Positions 39,038-51,750 of a DNA stretch of 64,000 nt are shown here, piece by piece. Where the stretch lies: positions 9,805,538 through 9,869,537 of the forward strand of contig NC_069003.1 of NCBI RefSeq assembly GCF_001194135.2, in the 5' to 3' direction. Position 1 is the first letter of the stretch, and every line of letters starts with the position of its first letter. The DNA is from Octopus bimaculoides (Eukaryota). Made by a program: the position numbers and the translations under genes. The notes below the pieces were generated by a model. That model saw only the letters and a program-made list of their open reading frames with translations. It was not told the DNA's origin and ran no database searches.

Positions 39038-39425
39038 GTATATATGTGTGTATGTATATATACATATGTATATATACGTATGTGTATATATATACGTATG
39101 TGTGTGTGTATACATATATGTGTGTGTGTTTCTATATGTATATGTGTACACACACATACACACAAATACGAATTTGTTGTTGCTCAAAGGTCAGACCATC
39201 CTGTGTGACTTTATATATTTCGGACATCACACAATTTCACCCTGAAAGTCGTGTGTGGTTTGCAGGAATTTACCTGCTATTTCTAGTATCACTATGAACC
39301 ACTTGGATGTTCCTATATGCACGCGTGCTTATGTATATTCCGTGTCGATTAATCGTTAAAACCAACCAAAAGCTGATAACTGTTTTGTTTGGGAAACAGT
39401 CACTGCAGTAAAGGTCAAACTGTCG

Positions 39426-39457
<32 letters not shown>

Positions 39458-41145
39458 GCTGCGGTTATTATTCTTTAGCACCAGGTTAAACGTGATCAAA
39501 CAGACCTAAGATCAAAGACACTCCAATCATGACTATCCCGTCTTTTTTTTTTCCGAGACCCACACTGTTCAAAGTGTCCCGTGTTTTTTCGTTTGTTTGG
39601 GATCATTTTAAGACTGAAAGGTCAGNNNNNNNNNNNNNNNNNNNNNNNNNNNNNNNNNNNNNNNNNNNNNNNNNNNNNNNNNNNNNNNNNNNNNNNNNNN
39701 NNNNNNNNNNNNNNNNNNNNNNNNNNNNNNNNNNNNNNNNNNNNNNNNNNNNNNNNNNNNNNNNNNNNNNNNNNNNNNNNNNNNNNNNNNNNNNNNNNNN
39801 NNNNNNNNNNNNNNNNNNNNNNNNNNNNNNNNNNNNNNNNNNNNNNNNNNNNNNNNNNNNNNNNNNNNNNNNNNNNNNNNNNNNNNNNNNNNNNNNNNNN
39901 NNNNNNNNNNNNNNNNNNNNNNNNNNNNNNNNNNNNNNNNNNNNNNNNNNNNNNNNNNNNNNNNNNNNNNNNNNNNNNNNNNNNNNNNNNNNNNNNNNNN
40001 NNNNNNNNNNNNNNNNNNNNNNNNNNNNNNNNNNNNNNNNNNNNNNNNNNNNNNNNNNNNNNNNNNNNNNNNNNNNNNNNNNNNNNNCAAGGGGCTAAAC
40101 ATAGAGGGGACAAACAAGGACAAACGGATTAAGTCGATTACATCGACCCCATTGCGTAACTGGTATTTTACTTATCGACCCCGAAAGGTTGAAAGGCAAA
40201 GTCGACCTCGGCGGAATTTGAACTCAGAACGTAACGGCAGACGAAATAGTTCAAACTGAAGTCCTTCTTGAGCGACACATTTTTTTTCCCATTCGAATCA
40301 ATACAGAATTATTTATGGAAATATGATTTACTGTCGGGTGACTTTTGGCCAATCTTATATACACTAGGCGAAGCGACCAAGTAGAATCCACCATCACCAC
40401 TACCGTCCCATTCATCAGGATAAACTCTCCTACAGCAGACATAATCAGGGGCTTCCAAACTGTGTCTATACCATCATATTTGTAATCTATAAATTAGGCA
40501 ATCCTTTACATTACAGCTGAATGCTCTACATAATAGATTACAAACATCGTTAAATTTTCTGAAAACACCAGTCATCCAACATACGTATATTGAAATATGC
40601 TTTTGAAGCACAAAATATATATTTGCAAACGGGATCGCTGCAAGAGTATTTAGCGCTCTTATTTCTTTATTGCCCACAAGGGGCTAAACATAGAGGGGTC
40701 AGACAAGGGGATTAAGTCGATTACATCAACCCCTGTGCATAACTGGTACTTAATTTATCGACCCCCGAAAGGATGAAAGGCAAAGTCGACCTCGGCGGGA
40801 TTTGAGCTCAGAACGAAATACTGATAAGCATTGAATGGATTACCTCAGCTCCAGTATGAGAGTGTCACTTGTTCTATCGACCGGAAAGATGAAAGGCAAA
40901 GTCGATCTTGGTGGGATTTGAACTCAGCCTGAACGCTATAAACCACGCGTGTAAAAGACTAGCATAAATCAGTCATTTGTAGGTGTTGGTCGAGACCATT
41001 GGTTCTCAACTGGGGTCCACATAGTCCTTAGGAGGTCCCTATAAGATTTCGTTGTTAAAATTTATCTGCAATAAATTGGTTATATTTCTACAAAACACAA
41101 AATATCTTTTTAATTATTTTTATACAATTCCTAACAATATTTAAT

Positions 41146-41528
41146 TACTCTTTTACTTGTTTCAGTCATTTGACTGCGGCCATGCTGGAGCACCGCCTTT
41201 AGTCGAGCATATCGACCCCAGGACTTATTCTTTGTAAGCCTAGTACTTATTCTATCGGTCTCTTTTTGCCGAGCCGCTAAGTTACGGGGACGTAAACACA
41301 CCAGTATCGGTTGTCAAGCGATAGTTTGGAGACAAACACAAACACACATACATATATATATATACATATATACGACGGGCTTCTTTCAGTTTCCGTCTGC
41401 CAAATCCACTCACAAGGCTTTGGTCGGCCCAAGTCTATAGTAGAAAACACTTGCCCAAGGTGCCACGCAGTGGGACTGAACCCGGAACCATGTGGTTGGT
41501 AAGCAAGCTACTTACCACACAGCTACTC
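41146..41528 (-). mobile_element. Complete SINE B
   Basis: Near-consensus copy. Confidence 0.9.
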
Positions 41529-42289
41529 AAAAATATTATAGGATTTTGTTAAACATCGAATGGCTAGGATGGTTTATTCGACTTGACCACCCACCGCTCC
41601 GAAATTGCTAGCCTTGTGCCAAAATTTGAAACCGATATAAAAAAACGCATTCGATCAAACAATAAAAGGCAGGAAGAAAATAGTCATTTTTCTTTGTTCA
41701 TCTCATTCCCTTCTTGGTCATTCATTAATCTTCTAATCTTCTCCAGCTTTCGTGTACCTTGTTACTAGTTGTCATGGAATTTCAGATAATCCCTGCTTCG
41801 GCAGATGTATGGTATGCAGGGAGTTGTCGGATGACTAAGCATGACCATAGGTCTGTTGGTCCAAGTAAGCTATACGTTTGCCTAGTTGACGACCATACTG
41901 CATAGTCTACCATGAAGTGATGTGTGATATAGGATACGGTATGACCTGAATATTTTTTCAATGAAATGTGCAGCAAATACCTTTCAGATGGTGCATATTA
42001 CGATTATATCGGAATTCAAATCGAAAAAAAAGAAAAAAATTGATTGGCGTGTACTCATACATATTGACACACGTCAAATATTTTTTTTCAAAATTTCAAG
42101 TTCCACCAGTATATGTGTGTGCGCCCCCATTATTATTTTTTTTCTTATTTCACAACAAATTCTGAAATAGTTATTACCTACACCGTCTCAAAGGCATTTG
42201 TGGAAAATTTAATTCAAAATATTCATTTTTCTGAAAGTTGTGAGAAACAAAGTTGGGGGTGGGAGGAGATACGGTTGCGCTGGTATTGT

Positions 42290-42980
42290 GTACATTATTT
42301 ACAATTTGACGGACAGTTGTCCTCACCTTGTTTGTTGTTATGTCCAGCCTTCATCAGTTGTTCTGGTAGAATTTCGACCCTTTATTTGACTAATGTTATT
42401 TTTCTATGGTGGACACTGTTCTCATTCCTAAGGTGTATTATTTTTCTGTCTGCGCTCTTAATCACTATGCCATATGTTCGTGAGCTATTACAGAGTGAAT
42501 TTTAAGGCTTACAAACCTAGTATTTTATCTTTTCTTAATACCGGTTCCCATATTACGTTCATATTTGCATTAAGTCTACTTAGAAGGTTGTTGTGTCCTA
42601 GCATATATTGTGCTGCCTCTTTTAATTTTCGTATTTTCCAGTGCTGTTCTCTGTCGATTATTTTAACTTCATCCCACAGCGGCAGGTGGTCTCCGTTTTT
42701 TCCATACATGATCGGCTATACCCGATTTTTCAACATCCCCTCGTGTCACAGCTTTACGACGATGTTCCTCTACCCTCACTTTAAGGGGGCGGCAGGTTTC
42801 GCTTTGTATAACCTATCGCAACTGCATCTATATTCATATTCTCTTCTATGGTTAGTCAAATAAAGAGTTGGTTACGAAATCCCACCAGAACACTTGATGA
42901 AGGCTGGAGAGTACTTCAGCCAAAACGTTGTGGTAGCAAAAAACAAGATGAGGACACCTATCCTTCCATTGTGAATAACC
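42290..42980 (-). mobile_element. Penelope-like element fragment: inverted pLTR + GIY-YIG end + pLTR
   Basis: Frameshifted CSCDRLYK.ETCRPLKVRVEEHR..KSGIADHVW, then GDHLPLWDEVKIIDREQHWKIRKLKEAA; pLTR pieces at 42290-42500 (-) and 42855-42980 (+). Confidence 0.85.
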
Positions 42981-44567
42981 ATTTTTCTGTTCGGCATAAA
43001 AATAAAACCAAGAGAAAAACAAGAATATACTAACATTTGCCAGTGTCTGAGTTGACATAATTTCCATCAAATTTAATTTTACATATCAATTTTTTTTCAT
43101 TTCCCACACAAAACAAAACTAGAAAGAAATAAATATACGATTTTATTTACGAAAGGTGTGTGACGACCGGTTATGATAGACAGAGGAATAAACGAGATAT
43201 TTTCGGTTCAATTATACTTTTGTCTAAAAATATTCTTTTCTATGTTTTAAAAACGACTGAAATTATCATTTTATAGATAACCNNNNNNNNNNNNNNNNNN
43301 NNNNNNNNNNNNNNNNNNNNNNNNNNNNNNNNNNNNNNNNNNNNNNNNNNNNNNNNNNNNNNNNNNNNNNNNNNNNNNNNNNNNNNNNNNNNNNNNNNNN
43401 NNNNNNNNNNNNNNNNNNNNNNNNNNNNNNNNNNNNNNNNNNNNNNNNNNNNNNNNNNNNNNNNNNNNNNNNNNNNNNNNNNNNNNNNNNNNNNNNNNNN
43501 NNNNNNNNNNNNNNNNNNNNNNNNNNNNNNNNNNNNNNNNNNNNNNNNNNNNNNNNNNNNNNNNNNNNNNNNNNNNNNNNNNNNNNNNNNNNNNNNNNNN
43601 NNNNNNNNNNNNNNNNNNNNNNNNNNNNNNNNNNNNNNNNNNNNNNNNNNNNNNNNNNNNNNNNNNNNNNNNNNNNNNNNNNNNNNNNNNNNNNNNNNNN
43701 NNNNNNNNNNNNNNNNNNNNNNNNNNNNNNNNNNNNNNNNNNNNNNNNNNNNNNNNNNNNNNNNNNNNNNNNNNNNNNNNNNNNNNNNNNNNNNNNNNNN
43801 NNNNNNNNNNNNNNNNTTTTTTACAGAATGGCGGAAGTATGAGAAAATAAAATAGACGAAAAACAACAAAAAGGAAAAAAAAAATCTACTTAATTGTGGA
43901 AGGTACAATGAATGGGGGGGGGATTCGAAGACTCACCTTTTATTTGTTTCAGTCACTAGTCTGCAGCCATGCTGGGGCACTACCTTGAAGAAATTTTGGT
44001 CAAATAAGTCGACCCCCAATATTGGCATTGTATGTAGGTCAGATATTCTCCAGCCAATGTGTTGAAATTTGCTATGGACATGGGTGAGTCTAAAACAGTA
44101 ACTTTCGGTTTTTAATCTAACATAGAGGGGGAATAATTTTAGAGGATTAGAGTGAACTTGCAGAGTAATGTGTTATTCCAAAGCAATTATGGTAAAGGTG
44201 ACAGCATCAGCAACAACAATATCAATACCATTAACATCCTCTGTTATCTTCCAAAATAATAATAGAAGTAACAATACCAATGAAGTGGCACTCCGTCGCT
44301 TACGACATCGAGGGTTCCAGTTGATCCAATCAACAATACCAATAACCCTGGGGTAATAATTATACAACGACAAGCGGGTAATAATTCCAATACTGGTTGA
44401 AAGTAAAAAATCCAAGTTAAATTAAAATATTAAATTTTAAAGGGATGAAATAGGAAAAATAAATTAAATTAGAAAATTTATTTTTTTATTTTTTGAATTT
44501 AAAAAAAAACGATTTTAAACCCACAGAAGTGGGTTNNNNNNNNNNATATATATATATCTGTACACGC

Positions 44568-44599
<32 letters not shown>

Positions 44600-44684
44600 C
44601 TGTACACGCATGTACATATATATAAATACACATATACTCATGTATACACCCAGCCACATGCACACACGCCTACATACATACATA

Positions 44685-44734
<50 letters not shown>

Positions 44735-45007
44735 TACATGTGTATACGTATATATATCCATACACACACACATTTTTATATATATATATATATATATGGT
44801 CAAGTAATTTAAATCTTTAAAGCGCAGCGAAATGCAGCTAAATAAAATAATTGGAAGACCTATAAACATATACATAAAAAAAAATTACATAAAAACGAAG
44901 GTAATTCACATTTATCGCCTTGTCACTACGCCCACCTTGACCGATATCTGTCACTATATTATTAAATTTACTAGGGAACCTGCTAAATGATTTATTCAAA
45001 AAAATGT

Positions 45008-45400
45008 TTACACCTGCCTACGGTTAATAAGGTTACCCACTGCTTTGAGGATTTGTAATGACTCCTCCAAACAAAATTTGCATCTCGTTCTATCTATTTC
45101 ATAAGGTTTAGCTCTACTGAGGATTGACCATTTCAGTTCGTATTCAACTTTTTCTTCTCTAAGTTGCCATATCAACTTGCTAAATGATGTCACATTTTTA
45201 TTTTTATGTCTAAATGATGAGATGTGGTTATAATATCGTAACTTAAATATCGTGGCACAACATCCTATGTATTTATAAGTTATGTTCTAGGTAACTACTG
45301 CACATTGATATACTACGTTCCTTTCTAAGCAAGATTTATTTAACACATTCCCTACCTCCTCTACAGTTACAACCGGTGCTTTCCTTCCTATTGTCGCTAC
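45008..45400 (-). mobile_element. Neptune-like PLE GIY-YIG fragment
   Basis: CNCR..C.LNKSCLERNVVYQC..YIGCCATIFKLRYYNHISSF..KWSILSRAKPY..CKFCLEESLQI..LINRR. Confidence 0.8.
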
Positions 45401-47441
45401 TTTTAGAGTTATTTCCACAATTGTCATCATTACCTTTATCATTACCATCATTAGTCATATTATTACCACTACTGATATGGAATGTGTTAAATAAGTCTTG
45501 CTATCTCTGATCATGAACAGGAGTAGTGGGGAGAGCATTATAGCCATGTATTGAGAGGAATTATTTGGAGTTTGAATAAATATCATAACAAAAGCAAAGT
45601 TTGAATGAAATATTGGTCATTTTTCATACTTTCTAGGTGTAACAAATAGGTAATAACAGTTGCTACCCAAGGACAGAAATCGTGTTCCAGCGAATAAATG
45701 AGACAACATTTTTAATTGGTTGCTGAAGTGACCCTTTATTTATATCGTTATTATCGATGTTTGCATGTAAGAAGACAACTCTAGAGAGAGGAAGACTAAG
45801 AGAGTTTAGACCAGTAGACGGAGTAAGAGTTGTGTTGTTGCACGATGACAAGCTATACGTGAAGTGGGAAACGGAGATGCTCTCTGACCAGAGGCCGAGC
45901 GACCAAAGAGATTGAGCTGATTGTTTGGTTGTGTATTTATATTTTCTCTATCTAAATTAGGTCATGCTAGACAATGGATTTTTCCTCTCTAATCAGTCTG
46001 AATCCTATTTAACCTAAGAATGCTAACTTTTTAAACAACAGACCCAAAGTGTGACAATTGGCTTCATAAATTTCCTAGTGCAAAAGGCGAAAACAATAGG
46101 AAGAGAATTTGCAGGAAAATGTGAATTCGATTTCGAATCCAGGCTTAGAAATTTGAAAGCTATTCTTTACGTATTGTATTCAAGAACAGTACAGAGTCCA
46201 CCCAAAAAATGTATACACACTTCAGGAAAGGAAAAATCTGTATAAATATTTAACTTGTATAAGTACCTCTCTAAATACAGATACGTCTTCCAATGTGTTA
46301 TCAAATTGCTATAACACTGAATTAAAATATTCATACAGATTTNNNNNNNNNNNNNNNNNNNNNNNNNNNNNNNNNNNNNNNNNNNNNNNNNNNNNNNNNN
46401 NNNNNNNNNNNNNNNNNNNNNNNNNNNNNNNNNNNNNNNNNNNNNNNNNNNNNNNNNNNNNNNNNNNNNNNNNNNNNNNNNNNNNNNNNNNNNNNNNNNN
46501 NNNNNNNNNNNNNNNNNNNNNNNNNNNNNNNNNNNNNNNNNNNNNNNNNNNNNNNNNNNNNNNNNNNNNNNNNNNNNNNNNNNNNNNNNNNNNNNNNNNN
46601 NNNNNNNNNNNNNNNNNNNNNNNNNNNNNNNNNNNNNNNNNNNNNNNNNNNNNNNNNNNNNNNNNNNNNNNNNNNNNNNNNNNNNNNNNNNNGTCTTGAA
46701 ATGATTTAGTCAAATGAATCGACACCATATTTTTTTTTCTTTTTCAAGTGTGATATTTATTTTGCCGAATCGCTAAGTTACGGGAACGTAAACAAAACAA
46801 CACTAGTTGTCAAGCACTTGTATGGTGAACAAACACAAACATACGTGTGTGTGTGTGTGTGAGAGATGGACTCTCCCGTACGAGTGTTCGTTTTTTGCCG
46901 AACGACCTGCACAAATTATATACTCTTTTACTTGTTTCAGTCATTTGACTGCGGCCATGCTGGAGCACCTCCTTTAGTCGAGCAAATCGACCCCAGGACT
47001 TATTCTTTGTAAGCCTAGTACTTATTTAATCGGTCTCTTTTTCCGAACCGTTAAGTTACGGCGATGTAAACACACCAGCATCGGTTGTCAAGCTATGTTG
47101 GGGGGATAAACACAGACACACAAACATACACACACACACATATATATGTATATATATATACGACGGGCTTCTTTCAGTTTCCGTCCTGCGCCTGATATGT
47201 TCATAATGATCAAATATTTGTGCGGCACATCAGCTCACTCCTTCCATCAAATCAACATTGCCTGAACAGAGGCACAGTGTGCCACGCATCAGGTGTTGAA
47301 GTGATCGCAGAGCAACATAAGGTGAGGTGTTTAGCGAAAATGCTAAAACAGAAGTTCAGAAAATAAGCATTCGTCAAAGAAAATTACACAGGTGAAAAAA
47401 ATATGCGTGTTGGTAGTTTTATGCAGACTACAGCGTCACTT

Positions 47442-47486
47442 GTTACTATGGAAACAGACACAAATGTGTCTATGGCTTTCGATTGG
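47442..47486. promoter_or_regulatory. X-box-like site plus CCAAT box
   Basis: GTTACTATGGAAAC 47442-47455; ATTGG 47482-47486. Confidence 0.35.
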
Positions 47487-47709
47487 CTAAAATTACGCAG
47501 AATTTGCGAACTTTTTATTTTGGTAATTCGTGACCAAAATAAGTTTCCTTTTCATAATTAGCGTACAAAACTACACCAGTACAACAAATCTGAAAACAAT
47601 GGGAACAAAATTAAACAAACAAAAAAAAAATGAATAGAAAACTGTGACGACAACAGAAAAGATCCAGGAAAGAGACTAGCTTATCGTCTGGAGATAAGAG
47701 TGTGTGTGT

Positions 47710-48036
47710 GTTGGCACTCCGTCGAGGGTTCCAGTTGATCCGATCAACAGAACAGCCTGCTCGTGAAATTAACGTGCAAGTGGCTGAGCACTCCACAGAC
47801 ACTCCTTAACGTAGTTCTCGGGGATATTCAGCGTGACACAGAGTGTGCAGGAAGAAAGAGTGAGAGAAAGTTGTGGTGAAAGAGTACAGGAGGGTTCGCC
47901 ATCATCTCCTGCCGGAGCCTTGTGGAGCTTTAGGTGTTTTCGCTCAATAAACACTCACAACGCCCGGTCTGGGAATCGAAACCGCGATCCTATGACCGCG
48001 TGTCCGCGGCCCTAACGACTGGGCCATTGCGCCTCC
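47710..48036 (-). mobile_element. SINE C with 12-bp TSD
   Basis: GGAGATAAGAGT at 47690-47701 and 48037-48048. Confidence 0.9.
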
Positions 48037-49122
48037 GGAGATAAGAGTAGTCTTACCCAAAACGACAATTGTCCGACCTTATCTCTTGGAGGCAGAAGAC
48101 TTAAGACTTATTCAAAACAGTGTAGAAAACAGTATTGTCGCAAGTTATTCGCATTTGACGGACTCCCACTCAGTTTTCGTCCTCTAAATTCACTCAGAAG
48201 GCATTTGTCGGCCGGCCATACACCAGGTGCCGCGCAGTGGGACTGAACCCAAAGCCGCACGGTTGCAAAGCGAGCTCCTTAACCATACAGCCATGTTGGC
48301 GTCGTCTTAACGCACGTACACACGGTCACGCATTGTTTTCCCTACACTTCATGTACGTTCAGTCACACGCTGTGCTTAGCTCTCTCTCTCACACACTCTC
48401 ACTTACTGTAACCCTTCGCACACTACATTTTCTCTAACCCACATTAACCCCGCCCATCAAACTCAACAATAAATCCATCCCACTATATTATCTGATCGGA
48501 GGTATTTATAGATAATTATACATACATGTAATATATATATATATATATTGACGTGCTTACTGTCACGTTTCCTCGCTCATAGTCAAGTTGTGCTACCAGT
48601 ATGTTTATCAATGCAACCCTCTGACAAGCATTAACAGACTGTATATCTTCGCCTTATACAACAAGGGTTATATTCCAGCTCTGCTATATTTTGAGTCCCT
48701 GTCGTTAAATTTGTTCATTCTGTCATCAAGTTCATCTGATTGTCACATACCGTCGGGCAAAATGTTTCAGTAAGTCGCACTTCTTTATATTTATGTATAT
48801 ATATTTTTCATATTTGCTTATATATCTTCGTGTGTGGATGTGAATAGGTAAATCTGTTGATACTCGTATGCCTCTGTGTGTGTGTATACATATGTATATA
48901 AATGTGTGTGTGTGTACATGTACTAAAGAATTTGGGGCGGACGTGGGACTTGGAAAGCGCTAGCAAGTTGTAATTTCTCCGTTTTGACGAGGTTTTTCAG
49001 GAAAGTAGTCATGGGATATGCTAGAAACGAGGAAGATGGCCATAGAATATGCTATAAACGAGGAAGGTGCTCATGGGAAATGCTAAAAACAACAGCCAAA
49101 TCTCCCTTTAATCACGCACCTT

Positions 49123-49382
49123 GGCGGACGTCGGACTTCGGAAGCAGCAACAAGTTGGAATTTCTCTGTTTTGACGGGGATTTTTCAGAATTTTTTTTTT
49201 TTTACAGTACTCTGGACTATTTTTGTAGCAAAAGAAAAAAAAAACACCGTTTTTTGCAAATTCTTTTTGCTAAAAAGATAGTCCAGAGCGTTTCCAAGGG
49301 CACCGTGAAAAAAAAAATCTGAAAAAATCCCCGTCAAAACGGACAAAATCCAACTTGGTGCTTCCTAACTCCGACATCCGCC
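49123..49382. mobile_element. Nested-palindrome MITE-like element
   Basis: Outer ~75-bp arms GGCGGACGTCGG../..CCGACATCCGCC; inner arms CTCTGGACTAT../..ATAGTCCAGAG; extra left arm near 48936. Confidence 0.75.
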
Positions 49383-49439
49383 GCACTGTCTTCCACGGAG
49401 TACAGTATCCAAAGTGAACTTACTTAAAAAAATAAATAA

Positions 49440-49478
<39 letters not shown>

Positions 49479-50414
49479 CTTTAGGGAAACGATAGGGGAA
49501 TTTTGCTGTTATTTCTAGCCGATCAAAGAACCACGTAAAGGCCACTTCCTCTTTGGTGCAAGTTCATGTTTGTTTATTTTGGTGGCTCCTATTGCTGACA
49601 ATAACTGTTGTTAAACATTGAATACAGGGAACAGAAACATATTTCAAGGCTAACTAAAAATAACCTAATTTTCTAATTTGTTATACCGAGATAAAACCAC
49701 TCGTTACTCTTATTCTTGCTATGATAAATTGAAGATAACGTCTAAGTTTTACTTTTTTTCTTAAGAAACAGAATAATTTGGAATATTTGGGGATTTCCTT
49801 TGTTTTGTTTTATTTTGTGTTATTTTTCCTTTCATGTGAGATATTTTTTTTTTTTTTTCAGAATTAAAACCTTACAATTATTGATGATTTATAGAAAATA
49901 TATATAATTAGACTTTTGACATTCAGGCTTCGCATGAACTTTTGAGTGCGACGTGGAAAACTTTATTTCTAAAGTTTTTGTAAACAAAACTTAAGGTCGC
50001 TCGTATTTTGTCAATTTCCTTGTGTGTGTGTATACATACACACATACACATATATGCATACGCACGTGTGTGTACACACACACACACACACACACGTATA
50101 TAGATCATAGATGAGAATCGGATATTCTCCGTATAGAAAACACCTAGTGCTCAAGAGATTTAAACTTGAGCGGGTTGAGGAGTAAATGTAAGGATAAACA
50201 AATCTTTGTATCTAAACATATGCACATTTTTTTTTTGTATTTAGTGTATTAAATATTCTTTATTTATCGACCTGCCTAACTTGCTTATCCTTACATGTAC
50301 ACACACAAATATGCATACACTCACGTGCGTGTGTGTGTCTCCTTTTCTTAGTCTTATCCGACAAATTATAGTGCGCACCTGATCACCATACAATCAATCC
50401 GTTATTAATCTTTG

Positions 50415-50699
50415 CTAACCCCTAGTGGTTGATAACGAAAACATTATTACTACCACAACCACCACCACCACCGCCGCTGCTGCTGCATATAATTGGGACT
50501 TATTGCGTCTCAAGAGGCTGGACTCCAGATTAACTTGTACCACATCCTGAGTAATACTGTCTTTTAACTTCTTAACCGCTGTTAATCCTTTTGGATTAAC
50601 TGCTGTTAATCCATAAGCTCCCTCCCTGGTCAGCCCTGATCGAGAAAACCCATGGTCAAAAATATTCCGATCGAAAGCATCCAGTTTCCTCTCCGCCAT
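50415..50699 (-). CDS. Candidate 94-aa single-exon protein with C-terminal hydrophobic tail
   Basis: ACG-ATG-G start context; GLT motif three times with varied codons; tail partly from a trinucleotide repeat; no family recognised. Confidence 0.3.
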   Translation of the reverse strand: MAERKLDAFDRNIFDHGFSRSGLTREGAYGLTAVNPKGLTAVKKLKDSITQDVVQVNLESSLLRRNKSQLYAAAAAVVVVVVVVIMFSLSTTRG

Positions 50700-50725
50700 C
50701 GTACGATAGTATATCTAACTAGAGT

Positions 50726-50755
50726 ATGCAGTGTCCTTCCTCGTTAAAGACAGTG
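50726..50755 (+). CDS. TMEM205: TMEM205 putative first coding exon (MQCPSSLKTV)
   Basis: A at -3, GTG|GTAAGT donor, phase 0 fits the next candidate exon. Confidence 0.4.
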
Positions 50756-51575
50756 GTAAGTGTTACGAGGGATATTCAACTGCTGTTTCTAGCATGTCTA
50801 ACGACCGTGTAGAGGCGTCCGCCTAAAAGTCGTCCATGTTCTGTTGAGCTATAAATACATAACAAGTGCGAGATGTCGATCGTCTTGACTATGGAAGATG
50901 CATACGTTAAAACGTGTTTGTGTATATAATGTGTATACACACACACACACACACGCACGCACACCACACACACGCCCCCCACACACATACACGCCCCCTA
51001 CACACACATATACGCACAAGCATTCGTAGGATTTCAATGTAGACGATTATGGTAAGGAGGTCTTTCTTGACAGCAGTAAAGTTTAGAGATTGGCAGAGAA
51101 GTGGTGGCACAGGACAAGAGAGCTTTGTCTGGCTGTGACAAACGTAGTTGTAACCTAGACTACTGAGGTGTGTGTAGACGCGCACACATAAATACATACA
51201 CAATACATACATACATNNNNNNNNNNNNNNNNNNNNNNNNNNNNNNNNNNNNNNNNNNNNNNNNNNNNNNNNNNNNNNNNNNNNNNNNNNNNNNNNNNNN
51301 NNNNNNNNNNNNNNNNNNNNNNNNNNNNNNNNNNNNNNNNNNNNNNNNNNNNNNNNNNNNNNNNNNNNNNNNNNNNNNNNNNNNNNNNNNNNNNNNNNNN
51401 NNNNNNNNNNNNNNNNNNNNNNNNNNNNNNNNNNNNNNNNNNNNNNNNNNNNNNNNNNNNNNNNNNNNNNNNNNNNNNNNNNNNNNNNNNNNNNNNNNNN
51501 NNNNNNNNNNNNNNNNNNNNNNNNNNNNNNNNNNNNNNNNNNNNNNNNNNNNNNNNNNNNNNNNNNNNNNNNNNN

Positions 51576-51750
51576 TAAAAGCACCCACTACACTCTCTGA
51601 GTGGTTGGCGTTAGGAAGGGCATCCAGCTGTAGAAACTCTGCCAAATTAGATTGGAGCCTGGTGTTGCCATCCGGTTTCACCAGTCCTCAGTCAAATCGT
51701 CCAACCCATGCTAGCATGGAAAGCGGACGTTAAACGATGATGATGATGAT
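51576..51750 (+). mobile_element. RTE 3' UTR element with (GAT)n tail
   Basis: GGAAGGGCATCCAGC..GCGGACGTTAAAC(GAT)n. Confidence 0.75.

Noticed and set aside
45840-45930. CTGACCAGAGGCCGAGC as a ribozyme near the Neptune-like fragment
   Set aside because: No CUGANGA/GAAA core or stems.
50618-50722. + strand frame ending HPVSSPPSYDSISN* as a terminal exon
   Set aside because: Weak acceptor and phase mismatch with the candidate upstream exon.
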